DNA of 64,000 nt from Octopus vulgaris (GCA_951406725.2 OX597815.1:69440001-69504000), one strand, 5' to 3'. Counted from the first letter of the stretch, positions 1-12,886 are shown. Program-made: numbers and translations. Notes: generated from the sequence alone by a model not told the origin.

Positions 1-70
1 ATGAAGGGTAAAATGGGCTTCGTATATTTTACCCAGTGTCACTTTGATGGCATGCACTGCTCTCTCACTC

Positions 71-147
<77 letters not shown>

Positions 148-200
148 CAACAATAATAATAATAATAATAATAATAATGATGATGATGATGATGATGATG

Positions 201-249
<49 letters not shown>

Positions 250-260
250 TGATGATGATG

Positions 261-315
<55 letters not shown>

Positions 316-325
316 TAATAATAAT
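71..325. repeat. (AAT)n/(GAT)n microsatellite
   Basis: Read directly; it explains the poly-N, poly-I and poly-Y ORFs in the track. Confidence 0.99.
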
Positions 326-694
326 AAATTTTGGCTATGGGATTTTCACATTCAGACAAACAGATATCATTTTAGGTGGCAACAAACAATGCTGATAAGA
401 TAAACCAAGTAGAAAGCATGTTGAAATATTCTGATTTAAAAGAGATAGAGAAAAAACGGCGACATCTCACAATAAAAGAGAAAGTAGTTCCATTAGTTAT
501 CATCGGATCATTGGGTTCAATTCCTTAAAAAACTATCATATCAACTGGAATAAGGCAGATTATACGAGTGCTCAAAAACTCGACCCTCCTTGGAAGCGTC
601 GATATTCTTAGAAAGGGACTTTCTGTTTAAGGTTTCTGTTAAAGTTTCACAGTTAGCATGAAGAAAAAGCAACTAAAATCGGTATTTCTTACCC
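326..694 (+). mobile_element. Degenerate 3' end of an R4/Dong-like non-LTR retrotransposon (restriction-like endonuclease, RLE, region)
   Basis: Frameshifted translation LWDFHIQTN...KYSDLKEIEK...KVVPLVIIGSLGSIP*...VLKNSTLLGSVDILRKGLSV* matches the R4/Dong C-terminal pattern LWDFxIQTD..KYxDL..VVPIVIGALG..LQKxxLLGxxxILRK. Flanked by (AAT)n and AAT/GAT repeats. Confidence 0.75.
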
Positions 695-945
695 ATAACA
701 ATGATAATGATGATGATGATGACGACGACGACGACGACGAGGATGATTATGACAACGACGATGACGATGATGATCATCACATGTTAATGCTTATGTGGAG
801 AAAGAAAGGGTGCAAGAAAGAGAGAGAAAGAGAGAGAGAGAAAGAGAGAGAGAGAAAGAGAGAGAGAGAAAGAGAGAGAGAGTAAGAGTCGTGGTGTTAG
901 TGTGAGTAAAAATGTTGTCGCTCACATCACAACGTCTTGCCTCAC

Positions 946-1050
946 CAAACATTCAGAAGAAAACCAGTGACTGTAACCATTCCAAGACATTGCTTCTTGC
1001 GCAACAATTGCCTCATATCACAAATGGTGCCAGATATGTTCAAACAGAAT
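946..1050 (-). CDS. Candidate host exon (105 nt), unknown product; possible signal-anchor-like start MRQLLRKKQCLGMVTVTGFLLNV
   Basis: Unique sequence among repeats. Minus-strand acceptor ctgtctttccatttttggcattggttag and donor TTG|gtgagg; only one frame is open. No homology recognised. Confidence 0.3.
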
Positions 1051-1099
1051 CTAACCAATGCCAAAAATGGAAAGACAGATATTTTGTAAAACAATATCA

Positions 1100-1870
1100 A
1101 CCGGTGCGGTGGCGGCGGCAGCGGTGGTGGAGATGTTGGCGACGACGATAACGGTGGCGGCGGCGACTGCAATTGTGCTGCTGCTGATGTTGATAAAGAT
1201 GGCGCTAACGACGATGATAATGATGAGATAAAGATGTATACGATAAAGATGATGATGATGAAGATGATGATGATGATGATGATGATGTGAAGGCGGGGAA
1301 GATAGGAGAAAAGAGGAAGAGAAGGTGAGAAGAGGAGTGGAGGTAGTGGAGGTGAGGAGGAAAAGAGGAAGAGAAGGTGAGAAGAGGAGTGGAGTTAGTG
1401 GAGGTGAGGAGGAAAAGAGGAGAAGGAAGAGGAGAGATCAGGTAGAGGAGGTGTGAGAGGGAAGTAGGTATGAAGGGAAGGTAGAGATAAGGGGATGGTG
1501 AAGGAGAGGGTGGAAACGAGGAGAGTAAGGCGGTGGTGGATGATAAAAGGGGTGTCGATGGTGACAATGATGAAAGTGATGGTTGAGATGGTGCTGATAA
1601 TAATGGAGAGGAAGATGCAAATGTTTGTGATATTAGTGGTGGTGGCGGTGTTGCTGATGCTGCTACTGCTGCTGCTGCTGATGATGATAATGATGACAGT
1701 GGTGGTGGTGTGATGGTGGCGATAGCATTAATGATGGTAGCCTTGGTGATGATAGTGATGTTGATGATGATGATATGATGATGAAGATGACGATGGTCAT
1801 GATGATAATGATGATGACGCTGATGACGACGACGATGATGATGATGACGTTGGTGATGGTGATGGTGATG
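1100..1870. repeat. Low-complexity GGC/GAT/GAG/GGT trinucleotide-rich tract
   Basis: Read directly. Confidence 0.9.
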
Positions 1871-2026
1871 GCTAAAGCAATTTAGTCATTTCATTTTAAC
1901 CAGATCAGAGCTTTAATAAAACTAGCAAAACAATCCAGAATCATCACATTTAACTAAAGAGAGACTATTTATCGACAGGCAATTTAAATATACTACAATA
2001 ACAAAAGGGGAAGACAGCGAAAACCA

Positions 2027-2097
<71 letters not shown>

Positions 2098-2102
<5 letters not shown>

Positions 2103-2590
2103 GGAAAATTCACAAAAATAAAAGAAGAAAAGACGAAGACAGGTGGTGTAGAGAACAAACAGATGTATTAGTTTAACGCTCGGGAAGTGAAAAAATCTTT
2201 AACGTTTCGAGCCTACGCTCTTCCACAGAAAGGAATACAGAAAGAAACAGAGAGAGAGAATAAAGAATGTGTAATGGCTAGCGATCTATCATGGCGAATG
2301 CCGGACAGTGGGGTCACACAGGAGTGCTAGAAAGAAGAAGAGATAATAAAGTAGTGGTGATCCCAAAATGAAGGTGCGCGTGAGTGTGTATAAGAGAGCA
2401 TATATGTGCGTGTGGAAGAGGGCTGGTGACCTTGACGTGTGCGTGTGTGCATGTGTAGGTGTGTGGGCTGGGAAGTGGTCACTGCTAGTGTGTGCGTGAT
2501 GGTGTGATGCGGTGTGGTGTTGTGTGGTATGGTGGTGTGTGGTGTGGTGGTGTGTGGTGTGATGTTGTGCTGTTGGGATGTGGGGGAGGC
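2098..2590 (-). mobile_element. PLE pseudo-LTR-like module (family H1) between two (TA)n runs
   Basis: Homologous to 10590-10795 (+) and 22620-22921 (+); carries a hammerhead-like motif at 2196-2233. Confidence 0.65.
2196..2233 (-). ncRNA. Minimal type I hammerhead ribozyme-like motif, variant core
   Basis: Minus strand reads cttt CUGUGGA A GAGC guag GCUC GAAA CG UU aaag: 4-bp stem I, 4-bp stem II, palindromic AACGUU stem III. Confidence 0.6.
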
Positions 2591-2597
2591 ATACATA

Positions 2598-2660
<63 letters not shown>

Positions 2661-2665
<5 letters not shown>

Positions 2666-3270
2666 ATAAGGATAATATCGATATTTACATATCGATATTT
2701 TCAAGTGGCCAGCATGGGAATAAATACCATACAAAAGTAATAATTTTTTACAACTATAAATAAGGGTGTCTGAAATAGCAGTCAAATCCCTGACTCTAAA
2801 GACCACCTTTACCTTTGTATGGTATTTATTCCCATGCTGGCCACTCGATAATATCGATATTTAAAAATCAATTTTATCCTTATTTATAAGTTTATATAAT
2901 TCGTCACTATATTCACTGCGGTGTTTATTTTGACCATATCGTGCTTATGAGGTGGTTGGCGGGGAATTTGAACTGGCCTTGTACATACGTGCATATATAT
3001 GTTTGTATGGACGTTCGTATATGTAAGTATAACGTGTGTTCTGTATATATATATTTGTATTTATGTGCCCATCTGATTTATTCAACTGATGAAGGCAGAG
3101 CTTATTTGAAGCAAATCTAGAAATCCAGGATCTTGAATTATTCAGTAATATCTTTTTGCTAGTCTATTTTGTCCCTCTGTCTTATCTCATGGTGCGATAT
3201 GAACATTTAAGGTGGTCTTTAGAGTCAGGGATTTGACTGCTATTTCGGCATGGTGGTGTCTCTCAAACAC

Positions 3271-3275
<5 letters not shown>
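2661..3275. mobile_element. (TA)n-flanked composite with two inverted partial copies of a central module (PLE-like inverted pLTR)
   Basis: 2661-2740 is the reverse complement of 2809-2888, and 3209-3275 is the reverse complement of 2760-2809. Contains GAAATAGCAGTC and CTGATGA hammerhead half-motifs. Confidence 0.6.
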
Positions 3276-3338
<63 letters not shown>

Positions 3339-3342
<4 letters not shown>

Positions 3343-3566
3343 TTTATTTAAAACCAGCAGAAATTTAACAAAAGCTGTTTCTCGGAGTTTCACGTTCCCG
3401 TTCGTCGGACAGTTTTGTTAACAAAACTGTCTGACGAACGGAAACTTGAAACTCCGAGTAATAGCTTTTGTTAAATTTCTGCTGCTTTTAAATAAAGCAT
3501 TTTACTCTACCTCTGGTATTCGAGTACTCTTTCTCCCACCTTGTTTCACATTTATGTGTTTACTCC

Positions 3567-3568
<2 letters not shown>
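3339..3568. mobile_element. (TA)n-flanked element beginning with a spacer-less ~80-bp-arm palindrome; hammerhead-like motif in each arm
   Basis: Arms 3339-3419 and 3420-3500, centre GTT|AAC. Plus arm has CTGACGA A CGG..CCG at 3431; minus arm has CCGACGA A CGG..CCG A GAAACAGCT. Confidence 0.65.
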
Positions 3569-3626
<58 letters not shown>

Positions 3627-3864
3627 AAGTAACTAACTGAGGAAAATAAATCCTTCAAAGGAGTGTGTTAAACATCCAATTCACTGGTGCTGCTGTTGGA
3701 TACCATATAAATATTAGTATAATTCAATTATAAAGATAAATTAAATATAGAGATATACTTTTGACAATCTAATAATTTATATTACAATATTACATTAAAT
3801 ACTATGAATATAATATAACATAGCACAATATTATATAACAGAAATATTTATAAAAACCATAAAA

Positions 3865-3943
3865 GCCAACAAATTGTTTCGACTTATATATATTTTTTCT
3901 GATATAATCACAGTTCCTTTATATATAAAGTCACTTCAGGCCC
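3865..3943 (-). ncRNA. Degenerate hammerhead-like motif with long stem II
   Basis: Minus strand: ggc CUGAAG U GACUUUAUAUAUA ... UAUAUAUAAGUC GAAA C AAUUU G UU ggc; A9 appears to be lost. Confidence 0.45.
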
Positions 3944-4044
3944 ATGGTTTAGAAAAAGAAGAAATTCCGTGTGAAAAGATGGTTGGATTGTAAAAATTAA
4001 TTCAAATATCTATGTGTTATGAGCGTAAGCGTTAACTACTCAAT

Positions 4045-4885
4045 CATCTCCACCAATGATGTGAAGATTCAACAAGCTCGAGAGATGGTTCTGGCGAACC
4101 GACGAGTGTCCATCGATGAGGTGGCATGTTCTCTGCAAATTAGTCATGCTTCTGCATACGAAATCAAGTACAAGCTCTGCTTCCGTAAAGTCTGTGCGAG
4201 ATGGGTGCCAAAAAAGCATAGCGAAGCGCATAAGCATAATTGTTTGGATATCTGTCAACACTAATTCGACCGCCTCAACGATGAAGGCGAAGCACTTTTG
4301 GAAAGAATAGTCATAGGAGATGAGACCTGGGCGCATCACTTTGTGCCTGAATCCAAAAGCAGAATATGGATTGAAAACACCCCGAATCGCCAGCGAAAAA
4401 GTAATTCAAGACTCAACCTTCCGCAGAAAAAATGATGCTAACCGTTTTTTGAGACGCAGAAGAGCCTATTCTGGAACATTACCTGGAAAAGGGGTCTACA
4501 GTTACCAGTGTAGGCTACAGTAAAATGCTGGCCAAAAATCTGAAACCAGCAATTCGCATCAAACGCCGAAGTCTATTGTCAAAGCAAGTGTTATTGTTGC
4601 ACGACAATGCACAACCACATATGGCCATCCACACCGTGGAAACCATTGAAAGATTGACTTTCGAGACGCTGGAACATCTTGCATACAGTCCATCACTTCT
4701 TTGGACCGCTCAAGTATATTTTTGTAAGGTCGTCGATTTGCTACGGACAAAGAGGCGTCGGAAGCAATGCATTAATAGCTTCGCGACCAACTGAAAACCT
4801 TCTTCTCCGATGGAATAAGCAAGCCTGTGGACCGCTGGATGAAGTGCACCGAAAAGCAAGGAAACTATGTCAGAAAATGATGTAA
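4045..4885 (+). pseudogene. Mariner (DD34D-type) transposase pseudogene
   Basis: Across frameshifts: RKVCARWVPK, IVIGDETWAHH, LLLHDNAQPH, LEHLAYSP (degenerate HPPYSPDL), HFFGPLK; multiple stops and indels. Confidence 0.92.
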
Positions 4886-4939
4886 TTGTTCAACCTCGGA
4901 AACATGAGCACGTGTAAGTTTTGATTTGCCCTCCTTTAC

Positions 4940-5039
<100 letters not shown>

Positions 5040-6245
5040 CTTTTTCTGTATGCACACACACACACACACACATACAAATTCATACATAATGTTCGATTCT
5101 GTTATTTTGTTTTACTTCATTCCTTCGGGAAAACACAAAAACTACACTTCAAGACATTAAAGATCTCTTTAATCTACAATACACTCTCCCTCTCTCTTTC
5201 TTTCTTGCTTTCGTAATACTCCTTCCACCACCACCTTCCTCCATCTTTTATTCGAAGATTGAAGGAGACAGAGAAATATCACATTATTAGATATAACGAG
5301 CCATTATTTAGCACTAAAAGAATGGGAGTGGCTTGATAAAAAGGATACGTAATTTATTAGTTGTTACAGCAACTATTTCCCCAATCATAACCTTCCACCA
5401 TAATGTTAAGATATTCGCGCCCTCATAAACCACGCTTATTTCAATAATTTTATATTCTTTTGATAAATTTTTCAATATTTTTTTCTACATTTTCCACCCC
5501 CTCTGGGCTTAGGCAGTTAAATCTGCGCTTTTCTTTCTTTGTATTACTGCGAGAAAAGGTTGAATTTGTGTAGAAATGATGATCGTTGCAGAAACTACAA
5601 AGAGTCAGAGAGGGAGGAAGACAGACATTTTCTGTCATCACTTCCGCTTTTCCAGACGGAACATTTAAATTATAGAATTATAGCGATAAGTTACGATGAG
5701 AGTGTGTAATGAAAAATAATATTTTCAAAAGTGCTTGTATTTTTATATCGACTGGTTCCGAAATAGATTTGAAACTGGTGCCTAAGCGTCATGAATAAAT
5801 TAATAAAGAATGAATACGTAGCCTTCCGGTCGGAAGTGAAGTGTCTCGCGTATGGATATATAGCAATGACCGGGAGTTCGTAATTTGGTGCCTCAAACTA
5901 TTAGGTCTTAGTAACTGGCTATCGATGAATTGTATTTGCTTTTATTAAGCAAAGAATGGTTAAATGTCTTGATAAAAGACAGCCGACACGAACAGCTTGC
6001 AGCAGACTTAAGAAAATAGTAAGTTTACTTTAGCATAAAAACTTGGAGTTACGTTGATGAATAGGAGTTCGAGTGCTGGCACCGTTTTGTATGGTAATAA
6101 GCAACCGAGTCTGCTATGCGGGTTCGATCCTTAGTTGAGTAGTTTTATTTGATATAATTTCGTGTACTTGCTCTTTTGATAGGAGTTAATAGTGTAAAGA
6201 ATGGGGCTTACTGGGATGACTTGATCATAGCATATATATAAATAT

Positions 6246-6539
6246 CTTTTATTTGTTTTAGTCTTAGATATTGCGACCATGCTGGGGCACCACCTCGAAG
6301 TATTTTAGTCGATCGAATCTGCCCCAACTATATTTTTAAAACCTGGTATTTATTTCATCGGTTTCTTTTGCCGAGCCGCTAAGTTACGGGGACACAAACA
6401 AAGCAACAAGGTTGTGTATATGTAAATCGAACGGGTTTCTTCCAGTTTCCGCCTACCAGATCCAATCACAAGGCTTCGGATGGGGCTGACCTCGAACCCA
6501 TATGGCTGAGAAGCAAACTTCTTCCTACATACCCACGCC
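6246..6539 (-). mobile_element. tRNA-derived SINE family A, degenerate copy
   Basis: Shares ccatgctgg(g/a)gcacc, gccgaaccgctaagttacgggga and cagtttccgtctacca blocks with about 9 other copies in the window. Confidence 0.8.
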
Positions 6540-6678
6540 GAGAAGCAGTATTAGATTAAAATAGCCACCTCTGTATCATGCTTAATATCAATACATTACT
6601 GAAAGTTAAATTTACTGCAGTATTCATCCGGAGATTTATATTTTGTTTTTTTAGCACAACACGTGCAAAGGAGATATA

Positions 6679-6774
<96 letters not shown>

Positions 6775-6794
6775 CCCCCCTCTCTCTCTCTCTC

Positions 6795-6839
<45 letters not shown>

Positions 6840-6856
6840 ATATGTATATATATGTA

Positions 6857-6934
<78 letters not shown>

Positions 6935-7318
6935 TATACATGCAAGCATCATTGTTTGTCAAACAGTTTTTAACTATCTACTCCTTTTCTGTAACTTACA
7001 CTTTCTCAATCTCCATCCTTGCTACGATTTAGCAAAATTAAATACACCGCAAAAAATTAGTGCTGACAGATCTATCTTCATTAAAAGACTACTTCTACAG
7101 AAAGTGGATTACCAGATATGGCGTTTCGACTCTATTTGTTCTTCTCAGTAACGAATGCTTTAGTTGTTCTAAACGTAGACAAAAATTTAGTTTATTCTTA
7201 AGACAGAAAAACACGAAACGGAAAGAGGTGGCATTCACAGAGACGACGACAATGATGAAGGGAAAGCTAGCCGCTAAACCCAGTTCTCTTAAATCTACAA
7301 AACATTCTCACTTTCTCG

Positions 7319-7401
<83 letters not shown>

Positions 7402-7437
7402 TCGTAATATTCCTTCCACCATCACCACCACCTTCCT

Positions 7438-7591
7438 CTATCTTTTATTCATAGATTGGCCCCAGTTCACTTGTTTCAAGCTCGATCCTCTGGAATTCCT
7501 TCTTCGCTCGTATCGTTCTGTCACTGTTAATTTGCAAATGTTCAATAACATTAACTCCGATGAATTCACCGGTGTCACCGGATCTGGAAAG
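7438..7591 (-). CDS. Candidate host terminal exon, unknown product
   Basis: Minus-strand acceptor ttttctccctag/ctttccag. Two frames are open for ~48 codons to a stop (7445-7447 or 7438-7440). The CAG acceptor is phase-compatible with the 9019-9164 candidate. Confidence 0.3.
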
Positions 7592-7637
7592 CTAGGGAGA
7601 AAAACCACTTGCTAAACACAAACTTATTTATGCAGAC

Positions 7638-7678
<41 letters not shown>

Positions 7679-7776
7679 TCCTTATGATAGTTCAGAGAGT
7701 GAATGAGAGAGAGGAAAAAGTATAAGAATACAAGCAGAATGAACTGGAAAACATGAGAGAGCGAAAGGAGAGGGTT

Positions 7777-7822
<46 letters not shown>

Positions 7823-8250
7823 AGCGGAGAGAAGGAGAGAAGAAATTTACAATTGCTACTGATAGATATATTTGTATGTGTATGAGGTTGACCGTATATT
7901 TTCGCATATTTTTGTATGCATGTGTATGTGTGAGTGTATGTGTGTGTCTGTATATGTATGTATGTATGAGTGTATGTATGTAGGTATATATATACATATA
8001 TAGTGGTTGTATGAGAAAGAGTATGTGCGTGTATGTGTGCGTGTAAAAGAGAGAGGGAGAGGGGGAGGGAGAGAGAGGGAGGGAGAGAGAGAGACTGAAA
8101 ATGAGCGAAAGAAAAACAAGGGAAAAAATAAAGCAAGATGGAAAAAGAGGAAATCGTTATGTAATGTAACTGAATAAAAATTGTGACTTTTTTTTTATAA
8201 AGAAATAGCAACGAAAATAATAACAGCAATAATAATAATAATAATAATGA

Positions 8251-8450
8251 TTACAAATTTTGGAACAAGGCCAGCAATTTCAAGGGAGGGGTAAATCGAT
8301 TACGTTGGTCCCAGCACTCAACTGGTACTTATTTTATCGACCCCGAGAGGATTAAAGGCAAAGTCAACTTCGGTGGAATTGGAACTCAAAACGTAAAGAC
8401 GGACAAAATGTGGCTAAGCATTTTGCCCGGCGTGCTAACGATTCTGCCAG
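8251..8450 (-). mobile_element. tRNA-derived SINE family C (Ceph-domain-like core), (ATT)n tail
   Basis: Core ggtacttattttatcgaccccga.aggat.aaaggcaaagt recurs at 8594, 30065, 46499, 54707 and 54967. Confidence 0.8.
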
Positions 8451-8498
8451 GAACAGCGACGATGACGACAACAACAATATCGTTATCATCATCATCAT

Positions 8499-8537
<39 letters not shown>

Positions 8538-8593
8538 TGTTAACATCATCAACACCACCACCACTAACACCATCAACAACAACAACAATAATG

Positions 8594-8806
8594 GTTTCAA
8601 ATTTTGCTTCAAGGGCAGTAATTTTGGGGGAGGGGTTAAGACGATTGCATCGACCCCAGTATTCAACTGATACTTATTTTATCGACCCCGAAAGGATGTA
8701 AGGCAAAGTGGACCTCGGCGGAATTTGAACTCAGAATGTAGCAGCAGACGACGTACCGCTATGCATTTCGCTTGGCGTTCTAACAATTCTGCCAGTTCGC
8801 CGCCTT
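8594..8806 (-). mobile_element. SINE family C, full-length copy
   Basis: Head aaggcggcgaactggcagaa..tgagttcaaattccgcc (A/B-box-like) plus the shared core. Confidence 0.85.
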
Positions 8807-8840
<34 letters not shown>

Positions 8841-8841
8841 C

Positions 8842-8907
<66 letters not shown>

Positions 8908-9018
8908 TAATACGAAGAAGAGGAATAAACTTTACATCCAACGTGATTACTGTGACGAATGGAGTGCTGTGATATGTTTTGTCAGATTTTATAGAATTGC
9001 GCATGCTCCATCACTTAC

Positions 9019-9164
9019 TTGTGTACGGCAATGCTTGTTCTGTGGCGCCAAACGTATTGCAAGAGACAATTATTGCCTTAGATTGACGTGTCAATGGTGG
9101 AACTGGTTCACAATGGTGCATATTCAAGTCTATCTTCTCTGCTGTGGTTCCTGGCAAATCGAAT
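9019..9164 (-). CDS. Candidate host exon (146 nt), unknown product FDLPGTTAEKIDLNMHHCEPVPPLTRQSKAIIVSCNTFGATEQALPYT
   Basis: Consensus donor ACAA|gtaagt, weak acceptor ggttttgatttag, one open frame, unique sequence. Confidence 0.35.
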
Positions 9165-9640
9165 CTAAATCAAAACCACCCGCCACCCCGCACTCAGCAT
9201 TTTTTTTTACTCTCGTTATCTTGTTCGTGTTTATGCACATGCATATATTATTTATGCATAAAATATTCGGTAAAAAGCATAAAACGTATGAATGCACAAG
9301 TGTGAGTGAATGAGTGAGTGAGTGAGTGAGTGTGTGTGTGTGCATGTGCATGGGTGCGTGCGTATGTGTAGTAGTGAATGTGTATGCGTGTGTATTTAGA
9401 GTTATAAGTATTCTTGCAATCGGATCTTCACATACATACAAGCACACATATATACATACATGCATGTGTGCATAAATGCACACATCAAACATACACACAT
9501 ACGCACGCACGCATGCACGTATATGCATACATGCAACGCATACTTATGTAAACGCAAAATGCTCATTGCATAAGTGTGCATTGATCATTTGGTGTTTTTA
9601 CACGAAAATATAATCGTGTTATGTATGTATGTACGTATGC

Positions 9641-9682
<42 letters not shown>

Positions 9683-9868
9683 GTATATGTATATATAAAT
9701 AATTAAAGTGGCTAGTCGCAAGTGATTAAGGGTACAAGTCAGCAACCGCATGCATGTACACACTGACTCGCATATAAGGACCCCAGCATGGCCACAGTTC
9801 AGTGAAACACGTAAAAGGATACTTACCTGCATACGATGTTTACGCACATTCGCAAACACACGCACACA

Positions 9869-9908
<40 letters not shown>

Positions 9909-10589
9909 TACACACATATTTCTCTTCTCTCTCACATAAACACATACACACACACCTATGCATATATATATATAGTAAATGTTTGTTTTCATCCAAGAAT
10001 GTAAAAGGCGCTCTATACACACCTGTGTTAGAACTGTGTAGAGTCTGTATTGCCTGACTTCTTGTAAACCGTGCTTTCCTCTCACACTCAATGTTTTCGT
10101 ACATTTTGCATTAGTTTTCCGAATTCATCAATGAGTTTGAAATATTGAAAATGGGATTGTAGTCGGAGTGTCTAAAGGTGTTGAGTTCATCTCAGTGTGC
10201 CGTCATGTGGCAAAATTCTTGTTGATTTACTTCAATGGAGATTTTATTCTGGATACCCAAGGGGAAAGAAAAGAAAAAAGAAGTAGACATCATGTATACT
10301 ACAGTTAGCCATGTGACCAATCATATGCTACTATGTTACCAGTCAGAAAACTAACCACGTCGTTAACCCTAAAGCAGAATTACATCTCTCAAAAAGAACG
10401 GACGTAATTGACAACACTACCAAATACGTAACAAATCCCTTAATCGACTACGTTAGAAATCATAGATAAATCAAGATGCGCCTCGCCAACTGCGCATCTA
10501 AGGCACTCTCGTACAGTACTGAGTATTCTCCTTCCGTTCGTAAAAACCAACAAATGTTTTTCCATTGAACTTCTTGCTTACGGTCATTT

Positions 10590-10795
10590 GGAAATGTGGA
10601 ACCGTTACTCCAGACACGAGTTTTTTTCTGTCTCCGTTTATTTTTCTCTATTCATTTCCTTTCCTCATTCCTTTCTGTGGAAGAGTGTAAGCTCGAAACA
10701 TCAAAGACTTTTCCATTTTTCTCGAACGTCAAACTAATATACTGTTTGTTGTTCTCTCACCTATATCTTCTATTCCCTTTGTGTACATTTGAACC
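10590..10795 (+). mobile_element. PLE pseudo-LTR-like module (family H1) with hammerhead-like motif at 10671-10706
   Basis: cttt CTGTGGA A GAGT gtaa GCTC GAAA CA TC aaag; downstream sequence is homologous to the 2098 and 22620 copies. Confidence 0.6.
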
Positions 10796-10881
10796 ATATA
10801 ATACATACATACATACATACATACATACATACATACATACATACATACATACATACATACATGCATACATACATACATACA

Positions 10882-10917
<36 letters not shown>

Positions 10918-10979
10918 TATAATGATAAATCTCAGAGCGAGTTAGGGGTTAGCCATATTCAAATGGCAAATATACGTCA

Positions 10980-11045
<66 letters not shown>

Positions 11046-11224
11046 GAAAGAATAAGTAAAGTCAGAAGGAATACGGCGTGCGATTCGACAGCTGTTTAAT
11101 GACCACAACTAATATATTGGTTGTAAAGCGCCATGCTCATAATATATTACTGCACAGAGGTCTTTCAGCTGTGTAGCGAAATCTAGCACTTTCCCACTAT
11201 AGCAGTATAAAATTCCTACTTTAG

Positions 11225-12441
11225 CGATCTCTCAGGAAGATGCAGAACACTTGGTTAGAGGATCTTGCCTGTGATGTTGCTACTGATGCAAATGACAGCA
11301 AGAAGCTTTACCATCTTATGAAGCAAGTTTATGGGCCTAAGAGCTCTGCATCAGCTCCTTTGCTTTTCAAGGAGTTTTCTACTCTATATACTAAATCAAC
11401 AGAAATCACAAGTTGCTGGATTGAACACTTCTCTGGACTCCTAAACCATGAGTCAGTTGTGGATGAAATAGTCTTTGATACTATGCAGCAAAGACCTATT
11501 ATTGGTTCCTCAAATTCAAATGACAGCAATAAGTTAATTGAATCTTGGTAGGGCACCTGGAAAGGATGGAATTTGTGCTGGGGTCTTGCGATTTTGTGGT
11601 AATTAGATCATACAGTCTTTTCATGAACTTAATAGTGTAGTCTGGAGGGATGGTGCAATGCTTAAGGACTGGAAGGATGCAATTATTCATACTAAGGAAA
11701 AGGAGCCAGAATAATGTGTGGTAACTACAGGCTGCAGAGAGTAATTGATTCCTTCCGGTCTCTTGAGTCTTGTGTCAAGTCCCAGCATGGCGTCAAAAAT
11801 TGCTGTATACTGTGCATGTGCACTGACATCGCTCCTTTAATCATGTGAGACCCTTTACAAACGTCATGTGAAGGTCCTTGAACGCATCCATCAGAGATGT
11901 CTGAGACACATTCTGAATGTTGGCTGGTCCTTAAAAATTCCAGACACACAGGTCTTGAGGAAAGCTGTCTATTGAGGCGATGGTGCACAAGCATCGATTA
12001 CGTTGGACTGGACACCTTATTAGAATGAAAGATAGCAGGATCCCTAAACAGATGCTATACGGGGAACTTGTTAGTGGAAAGAGACCACGGCAGAAACCAA
12101 GGCAGCGATTTAAGGACCCAATAAAGGCCTGTGATATGTAGGAGACCGACTGGGAGAGCAATGCCTGTCATCACCACAGATGGAGGAAGCAGGTGAAGGA
12201 GGGGGTCGTCACCTTTGAAAGAGCACGTATTCTTCATGAAGAATTTAAGCCTGCTGCACGAAAGCGCACTGCTTGCGTAGTGAATGGGGAAAGCTTGGTT
12301 TGCAATATTTGGAGCCGTGTATGCTTGTCAAGAGCAGGGCTCATTAGCCAACAACGGAGCCGCAAATGCAAAATATAAGTTAGCCATAGAGCGCACAATA
12401 TTCCAGCAATAGTCTTCCTTGGTCACGGGTGGACGGCCATC

Positions 12442-12442
<1 letters not shown>
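11225..12442 (+). mobile_element. RTE-clade (BovB-like) LINE relic with the RT core deleted, (TATG)n tail
   Basis: KKLYHLMKQVYGP..WIEHFSGLLN, CGNYR, then a jump to HQRCLRHIL..RLRWTGHLIRMKDSRIPKQMLYGEL..GKRPRQKPRQRFKD and a terminal CxxWSRVCLSRAGLISQQRS zinc-finger relic. Confidence 0.88.
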
Positions 12443-12474
<32 letters not shown>

Positions 12475-12480
12475 TGTATG

Positions 12481-12511
<31 letters not shown>

Positions 12512-12886
12512 CATGTAAGGAGATGTAAAACGTGGTCTATAATAGGTATTATAGTCTAAAATACAGTAAGTGCTCAGACTGGATCAAGTACTTAAAATCC
12601 AACGCCGAACGAAGGGATACGGAATCGGCTCAAATAAGGTTTGGCTACAGGCAATGTATCGATCAAGCTAATGAAAGTCCAATAAAAGATGGACATACTG
12701 CTGAAAATGTATTAAATCATTTATAACCCATTTATGCAGAATCACTTCTATATAAACATATAATAAATGATTTTTACACTTTTGAAACTACCTCTCTGTG
12801 TTTTATTTTATACATACATACATACATACATACATACATACATACATACATACATACATACATACATACATGCATGCATACATACA

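Noticed and set aside
10023-10250. Possible minus-strand coding exon
   Set aside because: It has an acceptor-like tract, but all three frames contain stops and the donor is weak; at most a non-coding exon.
11080-11175. Minus-strand AAACAGCTGTC hammerhead half next to (TA)n
   Set aside because: G12 and the CUGANGA core are not intact; possibly a decayed member but unsupported.
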